Below are positions 1 to 9,428 of a DNA stretch of 58,539 nucleotides, piece after piece (within the stretch, counting starts at the first letter, position 1; the number at the start of each line of letters is the position of its first letter). The stretch is from a virus (Duplodnaviria; Caudoviricetes). Where the stretch lies: positions 1 through 58,539 of the IMG/VR virus record IMGVR_UViG_3300032132_000009; one strand, written 5' to 3'. The notes below the pieces were generated by a model. That model searched no databases and was not told the DNA's origin. It saw only the letters and a program-made list of their open reading frames with translations. Both the position numbers and the translations under genes were made by a program.

Positions 1-1222
1 CCCATGCAATCAACATTTCTTCAATCATACTTTCTTCGTCCACATCGCGTACTTTCGTAACATACAGCCGAAGTTGCTTAGTCGCACGATCTTCGGGTTC
101 CTGATGAAGCGCAAGCACAACGTCAGGATTGATCACCCACTCCTTACCATATCTGACTCCCCACATATTAATTTTTGGACCTTTTTTACCCCGACTTACT
201 CGTCCTTTGTCATTTGAATCTCCAAATTGGGTAGTCACCACCCAAGGAATATTACTAAGCTCCGCGTATCGTTGTAAGTCGTTGACTACAGATACTGTAC
301 CCTCCCAACCACTTTTAGTTTTTCCGGACGGTGAAAATCTGTAACCTCCATCAATCACTACCATTGCGGGTTTCTTGTGGTTAACTAACGACATCACATC
401 AGTAACCGTCTCTACTTGCTGCTTGTCAGCTACCCATAGCTCGCCAGGAGTTGTGTCAGCCTTAATGGCTGTTTCCCATCTATCTCGGGTTGTAGGGTCC
501 ATGTCAGCATTCCTCAATCCCCCGAAAGGTATTTTATACCGAATCGCATCAAGTCTTCGCGCAATTCGAATAGTTGGCATTTCTAAACTAACATATAAGA
601 TATCGTAGTTTAAAGTCAAAGCGTGATTAGCCACGATACAAGACCACCAAGTTTTGCCCACATTAGGTTTCGCCATCACTACAGTCAACGTGCCATCCAC
701 AAAACCTTGGGTAGCCCCATTTATCTCGTCCCACGGTGACAAAATGCCTTGAGTGGGTAATGCAGACAACTCATCATACTGTGTTATCCGTTCTAGTCCT
801 CCTGACTTTAAACTATGTAAGTTAGCAACCGTTGACGGTACAATTGACGCCTTTGACACAAAGGACGTTAAACGCGCCATCGCCAAATCCGGTGCATGGG
901 CGTCTAAATCCTTTGCCACTCCTTTTAACGCTTGAGTTATTTGAAATGACGTATGCCTATTTTCAATTTGCTCGACAAGATAAGCTATATCTTCAATTTC
1001 ATCGGGCAAACTAACATCGCACTCTTCGTTTACTGCTAAAGTAGCGGGCCACGACTTCTTACTAAATACATAGTCTTGAACCCATTCGAATGCGTCTAGC
1101 GATTTTCCTGGAATTATGTAAGACTTTTGAAATCCTGCATTGTCCAATACGTCAAAATCTTTAGCGTCAAGAACTGCTCGTAGGATTCGCAATCCCAATA
1201 AGTCCTCAACTCCACTACTCAT
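1..1222 (-). CDS. dnaB: Replicative DnaB-like helicase (3' end truncated by the window edge; absent from the ORF track)
   Basis: Manual translation from ATG at 1222 (MSSGVEDLLG...) gives Walker A GTLTVVMAKPNVGKT, motif 1a ILYVSLEMP and Walker B MVVIDGGY. The frame is open at base 1. Lies downstream of a DnaC-like loader. Confidence 0.9.
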   Translation of the reverse strand, partial: MSSGVEDLLGLRILRAVLDAKDFDVLDNAGFQKSYIIPGKSLDAFEWVQDYVFSKKSWPATLAVNEECDVSLPDEIEDIAYLVEQIENRHTSFQITQALKGVAKDLDAHAPDLAMARLTSFVSKASIVPSTVANLHSLKSGGLERITQYDELSALPTQGILSPWDEINGATQGFVDGTLTVVMAKPNVGKTWWSCIVANHALTLNYDILYVSLEMPTIRIARRLDAIRYKIPFGGLRNADMDPTTRDRWETAIKADTTPGELWVADKQQVETVTDVMSLVNHKKPAMVVIDGGYRFSPSGKTKSGWEGTVSVVNDLQRYAELSNIPWVVTTQFGDSNDKGRVSRGKKGPKINMWGVRYGKEWVINPDVVLALHQEPEDRATKQLRLYVTKVRDVDEESMIEEMLIAW

Positions 1223-1683
1223 TTCGTGTCCCCTGTAAAATCATTCTTATCCATCATCAGTTTATGCAACTCTTCTCTACGTCCACGTATATCAAGTAAC
1301 ATTTTTTGTCGTGCAATCCTGAATTCCGTTTCCTGTGTAGAAAACACAAATTCACCAGTTCCTTTTACTTCTTCGATTATTCTAGTTGACTCCCCCACAG
1401 CCATATCAATCATTTCACGTTCTAGAATTCCATACAACTTGTCGCTCTGCTCTGCAAATGTAGGATATCGCTGCTCCAATTCACGAATTACTTGAGCTTC
1501 TTCCGCCTCTGTACCCCAACCAATTGCTGACAAATATTCAAATAGGTGTCCTTTCAAATGATGCAGGAACACGCTTTCTTCCATCGGTTCACTAAATAAT
1601 TGCTCTAAGCTCGGCTTAGGCAGTTCAACGCCTTCATCGCCATCGAAGTTGAAAGATTCGTTCATTTCAGGTGTCCAATCCAC
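1219..1683 (-). CDS. Hypothetical protein in replication module
   Basis: ORF track 1219..1761. GTG at 1683 with GGAGG RBS at 1692-1696 is the likelier start. Acidic; its stop overlaps the dnaB start. Confidence 0.6.
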   Translation of the reverse strand: MDWTPEMNESFNFDGDEGVELPKPSLEQLFSEPMEESVFLHHLKGHLFEYLSAIGWGTEAEEAQVIRELEQRYPTFAEQSDKLYGILEREMIDMAVGESTRIIEEVKGTGEFVFSTQETEFRIARQKMLLDIRGRREELHKLMMDKNDFTGDTK

Positions 1684-2251
1684 TAACTTTTCCTCCAAAA
1701 GATTTCCTAAAATCATGCCCTTGAAATCGGACAGGATACAAACTCTCCTGCAATACAGCATACATTGCAGGATAACGCAGTTTTAAATCGGTCAAGACCA
1801 CATTGCTGGTTAAAATTGTCGGCAACTGTCTATCAATACGATATCTAACTACGTCTTCCACCAAACTTTCGGTATACTTTACTTCTTTTCGTAACTGAAA
1901 TTCATCAATTACTAAAAGTGAAGTATTACGCAAATCCTCAAACAGCAACTCTCCAGATTCCGGCATCAAATGATTTTCAATTTGTATTCCTGGTAATTCT
2001 TTAGCTCTAACCCACCGTCCAAATATCCTAGATCGTGCCGCAGCTTTCAAACAAATAGAAGCCGCCGCCGACTTACCCATTGAGTAGTCACCCCAAATAT
2101 AAAGACCTTGACCAGCTTGAACATTGGAAATAATGTTCTCGCAATACGTGATCAAGGTTTTCTTATGACTACAATTGTCAGGTATAAGTTTTAGGCGGGC
2201 ATCCCAATGATTTTGAGGAATCCCAATTATTCGTAATAACTCCGAATTCAT
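1667..2251 (-). CDS. DnaC/IstB-like AAA+ ATPase (helicase loader)
   Basis: Walker A LYIWGDYSMGKS, Walker B LLVIDEF, PTILTSN and C-terminal FQGHDFR typical of DnaC/IstB. Sits between the initiator-like gene and dnaB. Confidence 0.85.
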   Translation of the reverse strand: MNSELLRIIGIPQNHWDARLKLIPDNCSHKKTLITYCENIISNVQAGQGLYIWGDYSMGKSAAASICLKAAARSRIFGRWVRAKELPGIQIENHLMPESGELLFEDLRNTSLLVIDEFQLRKEVKYTESLVEDVVRYRIDRQLPTILTSNVVLTDLKLRYPAMYAVLQESLYPVRFQGHDFRKSFGGKVSGLDT

Positions 2252-3123
2252 TAAAAACCCTCATCTGGTGACTCGCTTGCTTCGGCAGCATTAAATCTGT
2301 CAGCTACCGTGGATGTTCGAACACTTTGCCCTAACTGATCGTCCGCATACATTTCTTTGATTGTTTTAAACGTCAAAGTTGCTGACAGCATCCCTACGTT
2401 GTATGCACCGATCCAACCCAATCTATTTGTAACTTTATCCCAATTCTTGAATACCCACTCAATCATTGCCATCGCTAAGTTTTCATCATTGTGGCAATAC
2501 CCAAAAAATCTATTTATCATTCCCATTTCTTTCGGAAATGACTTCTTGCCCGTTTTATTGTCTACTGACATGGGGTATTCAGTTTCAAACACTTGCAAAT
2601 GTAATTCCTGTGCTCGTGATAGTATCCTGACTCCCGGCACTTTTGAATTTTTCTTTTTTCGTACCAGTGCAAGCGCTTGCATTCGTACCGAAGGTGCTAA
2701 TTTTGTCACAGCCTGTACTGCTCGTTTTTTACGCCGCTGCTCTGCAATCGCCCGAAGTTTGTCTGCGCTGCTTAACTTTGTAGCAGGGGTTATCGGCAAC
2801 TTGGGTAATTGTACACGTTTACTCGCCATCCAGCAAGGTTTTTTTAACTTAATTTCCCCCAATAGCCAATATCCGTTTTTGTTGCCTACCCACTTCAACT
2901 GCATTAACTTCTTTAGCAGCACTTTAATTTCTTCAACGCCAAGATTCATATCGGTGGCAAGCATTTCAATAGTAAGATTCGAAATCAATGTGCCATCATT
3001 TCGAAATGTCTTAACCGGATCTTCTGTACACGATAAAGAATTGTACGCCAATTTACAGTAAACATACCAAACATCAGGTGTAACTTGTGGATCTTCGTTC
3101 AACCGCAAAACCTCGATATCCAT
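2251..3123 (-). CDS. Putative replication initiator / DNA-binding protein
   Basis: N-terminal wHTH-like segment (TIEMLATDMNLGVEEIKVLLKKLMQLKWV), basic linker, position directly upstream of DnaC-like and DnaB genes. Confidence 0.5.
   Translation of the reverse strand: MDIEVLRLNEDPQVTPDVWYVYCKLAYNSLSCTEDPVKTFRNDGTLISNLTIEMLATDMNLGVEEIKVLLKKLMQLKWVGNKNGYWLLGEIKLKKPCWMASKRVQLPKLPITPATKLSSADKLRAIAEQRRKKRAVQAVTKLAPSVRMQALALVRKKKNSKVPGVRILSRAQELHLQVFETEYPMSVDNKTGKKSFPKEMGMINRFFGYCHNDENLAMAMIEWVFKNWDKVTNRLGWIGAYNVGMLSATLTFKTIKEMYADDQLGQSVRTSTVADRFNAAEASESPDEGF
2667..2682. repeat. Dispersed palindrome copy 1 (intragenic)
   Basis: GTGCAAGCGCTTGCAT; encodes MQALAL. Confidence 0.9.
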
Positions 3124-3142
3124 AAATAGTGCATCTCCATTT

Positions 3143-3158
3143 GTGCAAGTGCTTGCAT
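3143..3158. repeat. Dispersed palindrome copy 2 (intergenic, central TG variant)
   Basis: GTGCAAGTGCTTGCAT, about 20 bp upstream of the initiator-like start. Confidence 0.85.
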
Positions 3159-3354
3159 GTCTAAAAGAAATAAATCTAGGTTTGGCTCCTTTGGCTCAAG
3201 TGATACAAATGTAATGTCATACAATGCTTTTGTCTAGCTCACTAAAAACACTCATTCGCTACGCTCATTCGCGTTTTCTTACGCTCGCAGCCGATGTCCG
3301 TTCGCTGCGGCTCACAGCCGCAGCTCTGCGTACATCGACTCCCCCTCCGGGGGA

Positions 3355-3383
3355 ATTATACCAAATACCCAAAAATAGGTCAA
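3355..3383 (-). promoter_or_regulatory. Sigma70-type promoter for the replication genes
   Basis: Minus strand reads TTGACC-17 nt-TATAAT with an extended -10 TG. Confidence 0.7.
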
Positions 3384-3445
3384 CTCTTAATTTTCAAGTC
3401 TCTTTGGATTTTAATTTGCTTCGTCCAACCCCTCCGTAAATACAA

Positions 3446-3476
3446 AGACGGAACTTGGAAATTCCAAGTTCCGTCT
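3446..3476. repeat. Perfect inverted repeat (15-bp arms, 1-nt spacer)
   Basis: AGACGGAACTTGGAA-A-TTCCAAGTTCCGTCT in the intergenic region upstream of the replication module. Confidence 0.9.
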
Positions 3477-3681
3477 CTGATTGGAGTCGGTTTTCGCTGC
3501 AGTTACCAGCGTATCAGTTTGGAAAACCAGCACAGAGGTGGCCGGGCAATTCAGCCAAAGAACAATCTTAACGCAGCCTCGAACCATAGCGGCATAGTCG
3601 ATAATCTTGTAACTTCGTTTCTGCTAAATCGGAAGAACTGACACCCACTTCCTATCCCCGTCCGACAACGACTCAAACGTA

Positions 3682-3697
3682 GTGCAAGTGCTTGCAC
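3682..3697. repeat. Dispersed palindrome copy 3 (overlaps TAG stop, central TG variant)
   Basis: GTGCAAGTGCTTGCAC. Confidence 0.85.
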
Positions 3698-5142
3698 TAT
3701 ATCAAATTTACAAGATTAAATCCAGGAACTTTGTCCGACTCCTCAATCCCCGGATCATCTGTAAAATGAACTTGTGGATCAAACTCAGTACGAATCATGT
3801 CATCCTCATACTCACGATACAGTATTTTATCATATCCATGCTTACCCCACAATGCCGGATTCATGTGAATACCCGTTTTTCCGATGTACTCACTCCTGTT
3901 AACTACAGGTGCTAATCTACGCCAACCTCGATAATCCATAGTTAACATTGTCACACCATCTTGACCTGTAGGTGGCCCCGATACATATCGTGTCCTCCAC
4001 TTATTAAAATCGGCTTGCAGCGGATAATCAGTTATGTCACTGGACACTTCAACATTATCGCTCCACTCTTTAAATCGTTTAAGGATAGCCTTATGCGGTC
4101 TTCCTCCGTACAGACCAAACAGGAATTGTTCTTCATACTTATAAATCAAAGGGGAGATATCATCCCAGCACTGCTTAGACATCGAGTAACCCCACCAGTT
4201 TGACATTGTAGCTCGTACATAATTAAGGTAGCGCTCTCGTCCCAAATTTGAAAGTTCACACCATTCCCAACCTTGCACAGCTCCTACATCTCCATACCCA
4301 CATCGATCTGCCCATTCCCAAATATTTTCACACAACTGGATATACTGAGGACTAGGCACTAAATCATCTTCAAACACGTATACTCGATCAAATCCAACGT
4401 TATCGAACAGTTGACGCCTCGCATCAATTATGTTTCTACCACATCCATAATGTACAGGGCGCTGCACAATAGCACCCCGAGGAAACGTCTTCTTGAACTC
4501 CAACACTTGGTCATCAATTTTGTAATGTTCATGTTCTGCATCGTAGGGTTTATCAATAAAAAGAACAGTAGGCCAGCTAGTGACTGATTTACCATCAACT
4601 TTATTTTTTGCAAGCGCTTGCACAACTTTTTTAAAATAATCTGGTCGATTGCACGCAATCAATGCGATTGCAGGAAGGTGTGTGTACATTTTAAGATTGG
4701 GTCGATCATCATGCAAATTGAAATAAGGCAAATGGAACCTCGCGCCCACATCTTGGTCGTAGTGTACTGATGGTTTTTTTGGTACGATATTGCCCTTTGC
4801 TATTGCTTTTTTCGGACTAGACAGCTCTTTAAGCATGGAATGAAATTGAGGACACTTTAGTTGGAATGACCCCACACCTTTTATTCGACATCTTCCCAAA
4901 AATACACCTGTGGGTTTCAACTCCAAACGTGCCCACAAGAAGTCATCGTTAAACAGTGATAACGTCACAAGATCCGACGTTTGGTTGTAATTCAAATCCC
5001 AGTCTAACTCCGTATTTAGAATTTGCACCGTATTCGCAAACTCAATTTGAGTAGAGCACCCCGAACCTTCCCACAACGCACCACGTACTATTTTATCCAA
5101 TGTTGTTGTAATAGTTGCAATATCCATCTCAATCTCCATCAT
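3697..5142 (-). CDS. GT-A fold glycosyltransferase resembling GT13 (GnT-I-like), with an unknown N-terminal domain
   Basis: IALIACNRPDY, VFEDDL (DxD-type), WWGY, GQD and PVVNRSEYIGKTG resemble GnT-I-like motifs. Confidence 0.7.
   Translation of the reverse strand: MMEIEMDIATITTTLDKIVRGALWEGSGCSTQIEFANTVQILNTELDWDLNYNQTSDLVTLSLFNDDFLWARLELKPTGVFLGRCRIKGVGSFQLKCPQFHSMLKELSSPKKAIAKGNIVPKKPSVHYDQDVGARFHLPYFNLHDDRPNLKMYTHLPAIALIACNRPDYFKKVVQALAKNKVDGKSVTSWPTVLFIDKPYDAEHEHYKIDDQVLEFKKTFPRGAIVQRPVHYGCGRNIIDARRQLFDNVGFDRVYVFEDDLVPSPQYIQLCENIWEWADRCGYGDVGAVQGWEWCELSNLGRERYLNYVRATMSNWWGYSMSKQCWDDISPLIYKYEEQFLFGLYGGRPHKAILKRFKEWSDNVEVSSDITDYPLQADFNKWRTRYVSGPPTGQDGVTMLTMDYRGWRRLAPVVNRSEYIGKTGIHMNPALWGKHGYDKILYREYEDDMIRTEFDPQVHFTDDPGIEESDKVPGFNLVNLI
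4608..4623. repeat. Dispersed palindrome copy 4 (intragenic)
   Basis: TTGCAAGCGCTTGCAC; encodes VQALAK. Confidence 0.9.
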
Positions 5143-6995
5143 GCTGTGATATTAGTAGTGATTCTTGGATTCGTCATGAACCAAGTTCCTGAAGTCGCTG
5201 CAAACTCTACCCAAACATTCGTAGACGTGGGAGAAAAGTTATGAGTAATCGTACCAGATGCTATCAAAGGCAACGACGTACCACCCAAAACCGTTGCATT
5301 GTAATTTCTAATTTCAAAACTACCTGGGCCTGTATTTAATGTTAAATCTGCAGTAACTGTATACGTCAACCCCGTAGCCAGATAGAGTGGTTGATATACC
5401 TCACCTCCATTCTCAAACGCAAAGTAACCTGAAATTGCATACACATCTGTACTAGAGATAATCCAGTTTACCCCATTAATTCCACAGAGTTCAGGATACA
5501 CAAATAAGTTATCACTCGCAAACAATGTGCCACCCAACTCTTCAAACGACTCCACTGCTAAACTCATAGTCGTCTTAAACGGATCAGGTGTGTAGTTAAC
5601 TTTTATATTCGCAACTCTACCTGTGATAGTTCTAGCATCATCGGGTGTCGTAAATCGCACCACATCGTTTAATCTAATACATGGTAAGTATGCAGTTTCT
5701 ACCGCATACGTATTCCGTTGCATTTTGAATTTTTTAAATTCTCTAATTGCAACAGCCAATGCAGTGTACGGATTCCCTATGTACAAATTGTCAACTTCTT
5801 GAGTCACCACTCCAAACTCTATGAGTAAATCTGCATCCGAAAGGGTGACTTCCATCCGATTATTGTCTGATGAGTCAGATGTCTTGTCTGTGTCCGCTTC
5901 CCGGAATGCTCCTGGCGGAGTATGTGTCATTGCAGCTAGAATTTGGTCGTGTCGAGTTATTGCTTCCTTTTGACCTTTACCGCTAACCCCCGAATCACTC
6001 GTCTCTTCTTTTCCCAAATTCCTGCCAAACACTTTAGCAGCCGTTACAACTTTTACACCTTGAGCAAAACTAACGCCAGTGTCAGGCCGCACTGCAACTG
6101 TAGACGACCCTCCGTCTTGTGCGATATCCGTGACTTCATCAAAGTCAGAATCACCAGTAAGCACATAACCAGCATTCTTCAAGTCAGATTTTTTAGCTGA
6201 CAGATTTTTAAATGCTAACTCGGAGTAGGTTTCCATAACTCCCGGTATGTAGCACTTTTCTTTGGCAATTTCACTGGGTGTTTCAGACTTATTATTGTTT
6301 AAAACTTTAGATCCGCATCCCACCGAACCTGACCATCTCCCACGCACAACCATTCGGGATGGGCCTTTTTCTCTACTTCGTGACGACTTTACAGAGATAA
6401 TACAAGTATCTGGAATAGTTGTGTCTACTGATGAATTATCATCTTTCCATGCTTCAATTGTAAGATTCCCGCCCACCTGTACAAACATGTCAGACTCGCC
6501 TGCTTGTGCCAATTTTTGACACTCTGCAAGCATATCAGTGCCTTGTACAATAGTGCCCACACTGGGTGTTGCAGCCATGCTAAAGTTAAGCAACGCTAAC
6601 GGTACACCTGCGTAAACATTCAAAATATCCAGTATGATGTTTCCTACAGTATCCGAATAGTATTGAGAATTGATCGGATGCTGCTTCAACGTTTCAAAAA
6701 ATGAACCAAGATTAACCGTAACCATATCGTTATCAATGTTACGATCATCATTCAAGGAAATGATAAGCCCTTTAAACCAAGTTACTGACCCAGACATGCA
6801 AGTAGTGTCTGCCCCGGAAGTGGAAGTTACAGTTGCTGTCAAATCCAACTGGAAGGGCGACCATCTAAGGGTCCCTGCGCTGTACTGTTGGGCTTGATTA
6901 GTGAGAGTACAACTACCACTTAGCCCTGAGTATATGTCATACGTCACATTCCAGCTAACGAAATCATTGGCAAGGTTTTGTGTAGGGAACGGCAT
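5139..6995 (-). CDS. Virion tail / baseplate-hub-like protein
   Basis: ORF track 5139..7064; ATG at 6995 follows the upstream stop. Hub-like features (WFKGLI, AYLPCIRLNDVVRF...GRVANIKVNY) and a beta-rich C-terminal domain. Confidence 0.55.
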   Translation of the reverse strand: MPFPTQNLANDFVSWNVTYDIYSGLSGSCTLTNQAQQYSAGTLRWSPFQLDLTATVTSTSGADTTCMSGSVTWFKGLIISLNDDRNIDNDMVTVNLGSFFETLKQHPINSQYYSDTVGNIILDILNVYAGVPLALLNFSMAATPSVGTIVQGTDMLAECQKLAQAGESDMFVQVGGNLTIEAWKDDNSSVDTTIPDTCIISVKSSRSREKGPSRMVVRGRWSGSVGCGSKVLNNNKSETPSEIAKEKCYIPGVMETYSELAFKNLSAKKSDLKNAGYVLTGDSDFDEVTDIAQDGGSSTVAVRPDTGVSFAQGVKVVTAAKVFGRNLGKEETSDSGVSGKGQKEAITRHDQILAAMTHTPPGAFREADTDKTSDSSDNNRMEVTLSDADLLIEFGVVTQEVDNLYIGNPYTALAVAIREFKKFKMQRNTYAVETAYLPCIRLNDVVRFTTPDDARTITGRVANIKVNYTPDPFKTTMSLAVESFEELGGTLFASDNLFVYPELCGINGVNWIISSTDVYAISGYFAFENGGEVYQPLYLATGLTYTVTADLTLNTGPGSFEIRNYNATVLGGTSLPLIASGTITHNFSPTSTNVWVEFAATSGTWFMTNPRITTNITA

Positions 6996-6996
6996 G

Positions 6997-7314
6997 TTAG
7001 ACTCCAGCCTTTTTCCATTTGGACCCGCCCGGCGCTTTACACCCGTAACGAGCAGTTTCCTCATAAGCCACTAAATTTACAATGCTACTGTCACCTTCTA
7101 ATTTACAACCGCAAATGCTACAACGTGGAGGGTCATAAGTTTTATTAGACAGTGGGCATGTAACACAAATCTCTAATCGTGCTTTTATCCGTTCGTCTGT
7201 TACACTACGATCTCCACCAATTACTGCTGTTGCAAGTGAATATGCCTTTTTAAACATATCTACTTTGTCACCCAACCGACGAATTAAATCCCCATACATA
7301 CTTTCGTAACTCAT
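6997..7314 (-). CDS. Small Cys-rich protein (DUF6171-like)
   Basis: Pattern RLEICVTCP...RCSICGC...CKAPGGSKW. Confidence 0.55.
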   Translation of the reverse strand: MSYESMYGDLIRRLGDKVDMFKKAYSLATAVIGGDRSVTDERIKARLEICVTCPLSNKTYDPPRCSICGCKLEGDSSIVNLVAYEETARYGCKAPGGSKWKKAGV

Positions 7315-7324
7315 TGTACCCTCA

Positions 7325-7340
7325 ATGCAAGCGCTTGCAC
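7325..7340. repeat. Dispersed palindrome copy 5 (overlaps TAG stop)
   Basis: ATGCAAGCGCTTGCAC. Confidence 0.9.
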
Positions 7341-7972
7341 TATTTTGTATTGATATAACGTGGGTCGTCTATACGTAACCATTCAAATCCGGGATGATCG
7401 TATGCGCCCTCTCCAAACATCCAATCCAATAGCAACCCCAAAGTTCTAGGTGTAGTGAGCAGCTTTTCGTAGGAAACTAAGCACACGGGCAGCTCAGTGC
7501 TAACATAGAACTCCAATACTTTTTGCCATTTCTGTAACGCATTATAAAGCAACGGTTCGATTCTGAACTTTGGATTATCCAGTTGCTCGCGCACTCCTTG
7601 AGATAAAAAATCTCGTGTGGGGATAATAATAGTAGGATTATGCGTCATGGCCAAATAAGTATCTATTTTACGATAAAATAAATGGTAAGGACTCAAATCA
7701 TGCGCCTTGAATCCCCACGTTCCCCATTTAGTGTCGTTAAATAATAACTCTACTGGAAAGTTAGGATCTTGACAAATACTAGCAAAATCGCCACTATACT
7801 TCTTGGACTCCAAATTTCGAGGATTGTCAAAATCAATGTAAATTCCTAACGCTTCCAGTAAACGCATGATTGCAGTCGTGCCCGCGCGCGGCGCGCCTGT
7901 CACTACGAAAGTTCGATCATCAATTTCATAGTCCGGCACGTTACGAAACATTATTCCTGTATTAACGTCCAT
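7340..7972 (-). CDS. Sulfotransferase-family / P-loop protein
   Basis: FVVTGAPRAGTT (PAPS-binding-like loop), GFK, PTRD and LVSYEKLL. ATG at 7972 is likelier than the ORF-track start at 8104. Confidence 0.65.
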   Translation of the reverse strand: MDVNTGIMFRNVPDYEIDDRTFVVTGAPRAGTTAIMRLLEALGIYIDFDNPRNLESKKYSGDFASICQDPNFPVELLFNDTKWGTWGFKAHDLSPYHLFYRKIDTYLAMTHNPTIIIPTRDFLSQGVREQLDNPKFRIEPLLYNALQKWQKVLEFYVSTELPVCLVSYEKLLTTPRTLGLLLDWMFGEGAYDHPGFEWLRIDDPRYINTK

Positions 7973-7979
7973 GTGATCC

Positions 7980-8534
7980 CTAGTACGTAGGTAAATTTTT
8001 TGGCAGCTTCCCGGCGTATCCATACGCCTCTGCATCCGGTGTACACCAGGCTCTGACTTGGGGAATAATGGGATACTGAGTGTAATCTCGTGGAGTAAAC
8101 ACACTATCCCATTCGGGCTGGTCGTCTAGCGAAAATTCTACACCCAATTCACCCAACTCACTATACAAGTCCCCTACACGAATTATGTAATCGGGCACAA
8201 AGGTCCCAACATAATCAGTAATCCTTGACCTAAGATATGGCTCCACTCTTTCTTCGACAACGGACTCCACGAAGTATGCCCAACGCCCAGGAATGATGTC
8301 TCTATCTCGGAGTGAACTTGCATAAATATCATACAGTCGGCACAGGCGTACATACGGATTTTCCACGACTACTGCTACATCGTAGTGATCATCCTCGTCT
8401 TCGGCTTCTTTCCATTTCAAAAATCCATCTGGCTGCTCCATCCCATCTGCATCTTTTAAATTAAGTATGTCCTCTGCACCACACGTTGCGGGTGCGATGA
8501 ATACTGCAAGCTGCTGTTCGTCAAATACGATCAT
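7980..8534 (-). CDS. Divergent sulfotransferase-2-like protein
   Basis: VFIAPATCG, VVVENPYVRL..LY, PDYIIRV.DL..EL and D...YGY follow the family skeleton, but the basic PAPS-binding residues look substituted. Confidence 0.45.
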   Translation of the reverse strand: MIVFDEQQLAVFIAPATCGAEDILNLKDADGMEQPDGFLKWKEAEDEDDHYDVAVVVENPYVRLCRLYDIYASSLRDRDIIPGRWAYFVESVVEERVEPYLRSRITDYVGTFVPDYIIRVGDLYSELGELGVEFSLDDQPEWDSVFTPRDYTQYPIIPQVRAWCTPDAEAYGYAGKLPKNLPTY

Positions 8535-8536
8535 AT

Positions 8537-9427
8537 TTATTCCTTTTCTGATGAAGTTACTTTGGCAATTAACTCACGAACTCTATGAGTATATGTCAAA
8601 TTTGATTTGCAATGGGTGTGGCCTTCTTGTTTAATTTCGTCCGCCAATTTTTGATGATTGAGATAAAACTCTATTTTTTCTTTCAACTGTTTGAAGTTGC
8701 CGCGTTCATAGCTCACATAATGTACCCCATCTTGGAAGTCCTCCTCCAACCCCAATGTCTTAGGATGAAGTATAAATCCCCCACGACCTGTAATTTCGTA
8801 AATTCGGTTACTCCAATAGTAATCACTAGGATGACTGTCACCTACTACAATTTTAATTTTAGATAGGGCTTCATTTAACTCCATTCCTCGGGTTTTTGTA
8901 TGTTGAATAAAGCGAGAACCATAATTAGATCGAAGCCAACTTAAAAGTAAATAACGAGATCGCTCAGATCCTTCCTCGCCAACAAACCCTACATCATACT
9001 GATAACTTGATTTCATCATCGTGGCATGTGGCTCATGGATTCCTTGTCGAAGCACGGAATGATTACAATTTAGCTGATTCCATTCTTCATCATGCCCGCC
9101 ATCAGTAGTAAACAAATAGTCTGCCCAAAATTGCAAAGGCCGGTCATGGCGTAATCCTCCTAAAAATAAATCCCATTGCCAACATACGGTAATTATACCA
9201 TTTACTCTACATAAGTCAAGGATTGACTCCACGCCGGGAAAAGCATCTTTGCTGAATAACACAATATCAGGTTTAAACTGTACAATGCGTTCCCATCGTC
9301 GTCTAGGACACAAGGAGCAGTCATAAGGCTGACGCAACACCTCAGCACCCGTTTGCTTCAATGCATATTCTACATAAACTTCTGTGGAATAGGAATATCT
9401 AAATTTCCCAATATACACTATTTTCAT
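8537..9427 (-). CDS. Glycosyltransferase (CgeB/Glyco_trans_1_2-like, GT-B)
   Basis: YDVGFVG, SKIKIVVG, SNRIYEITGRGGFIL and TYTHRVREL. ATG at 9427 (MKIVYIG). Confidence 0.8.
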   Translation of the reverse strand: MKIVYIGKFRYSYSTEVYVEYALKQTGAEVLRQPYDCSLCPRRRWERIVQFKPDIVLFSKDAFPGVESILDLCRVNGIITVCWQWDLFLGGLRHDRPLQFWADYLFTTDGGHDEEWNQLNCNHSVLRQGIHEPHATMMKSSYQYDVGFVGEEGSERSRYLLLSWLRSNYGSRFIQHTKTRGMELNEALSKIKIVVGDSHPSDYYWSNRIYEITGRGGFILHPKTLGLEEDFQDGVHYVSYERGNFKQLKEKIEFYLNHQKLADEIKQEGHTHCKSNLTYTHRVRELIAKVTSSEKE

Positions 9428-9428
9428 G

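Noticed and set aside
3480-3680. Possible tmRNA, tRNA or small ORF in the intergenic region
   Set aside because: No tRNA cloverleaf, tmRNA termini or tag peptide ending in AA could be identified by eye; a covariance-model search would be needed.
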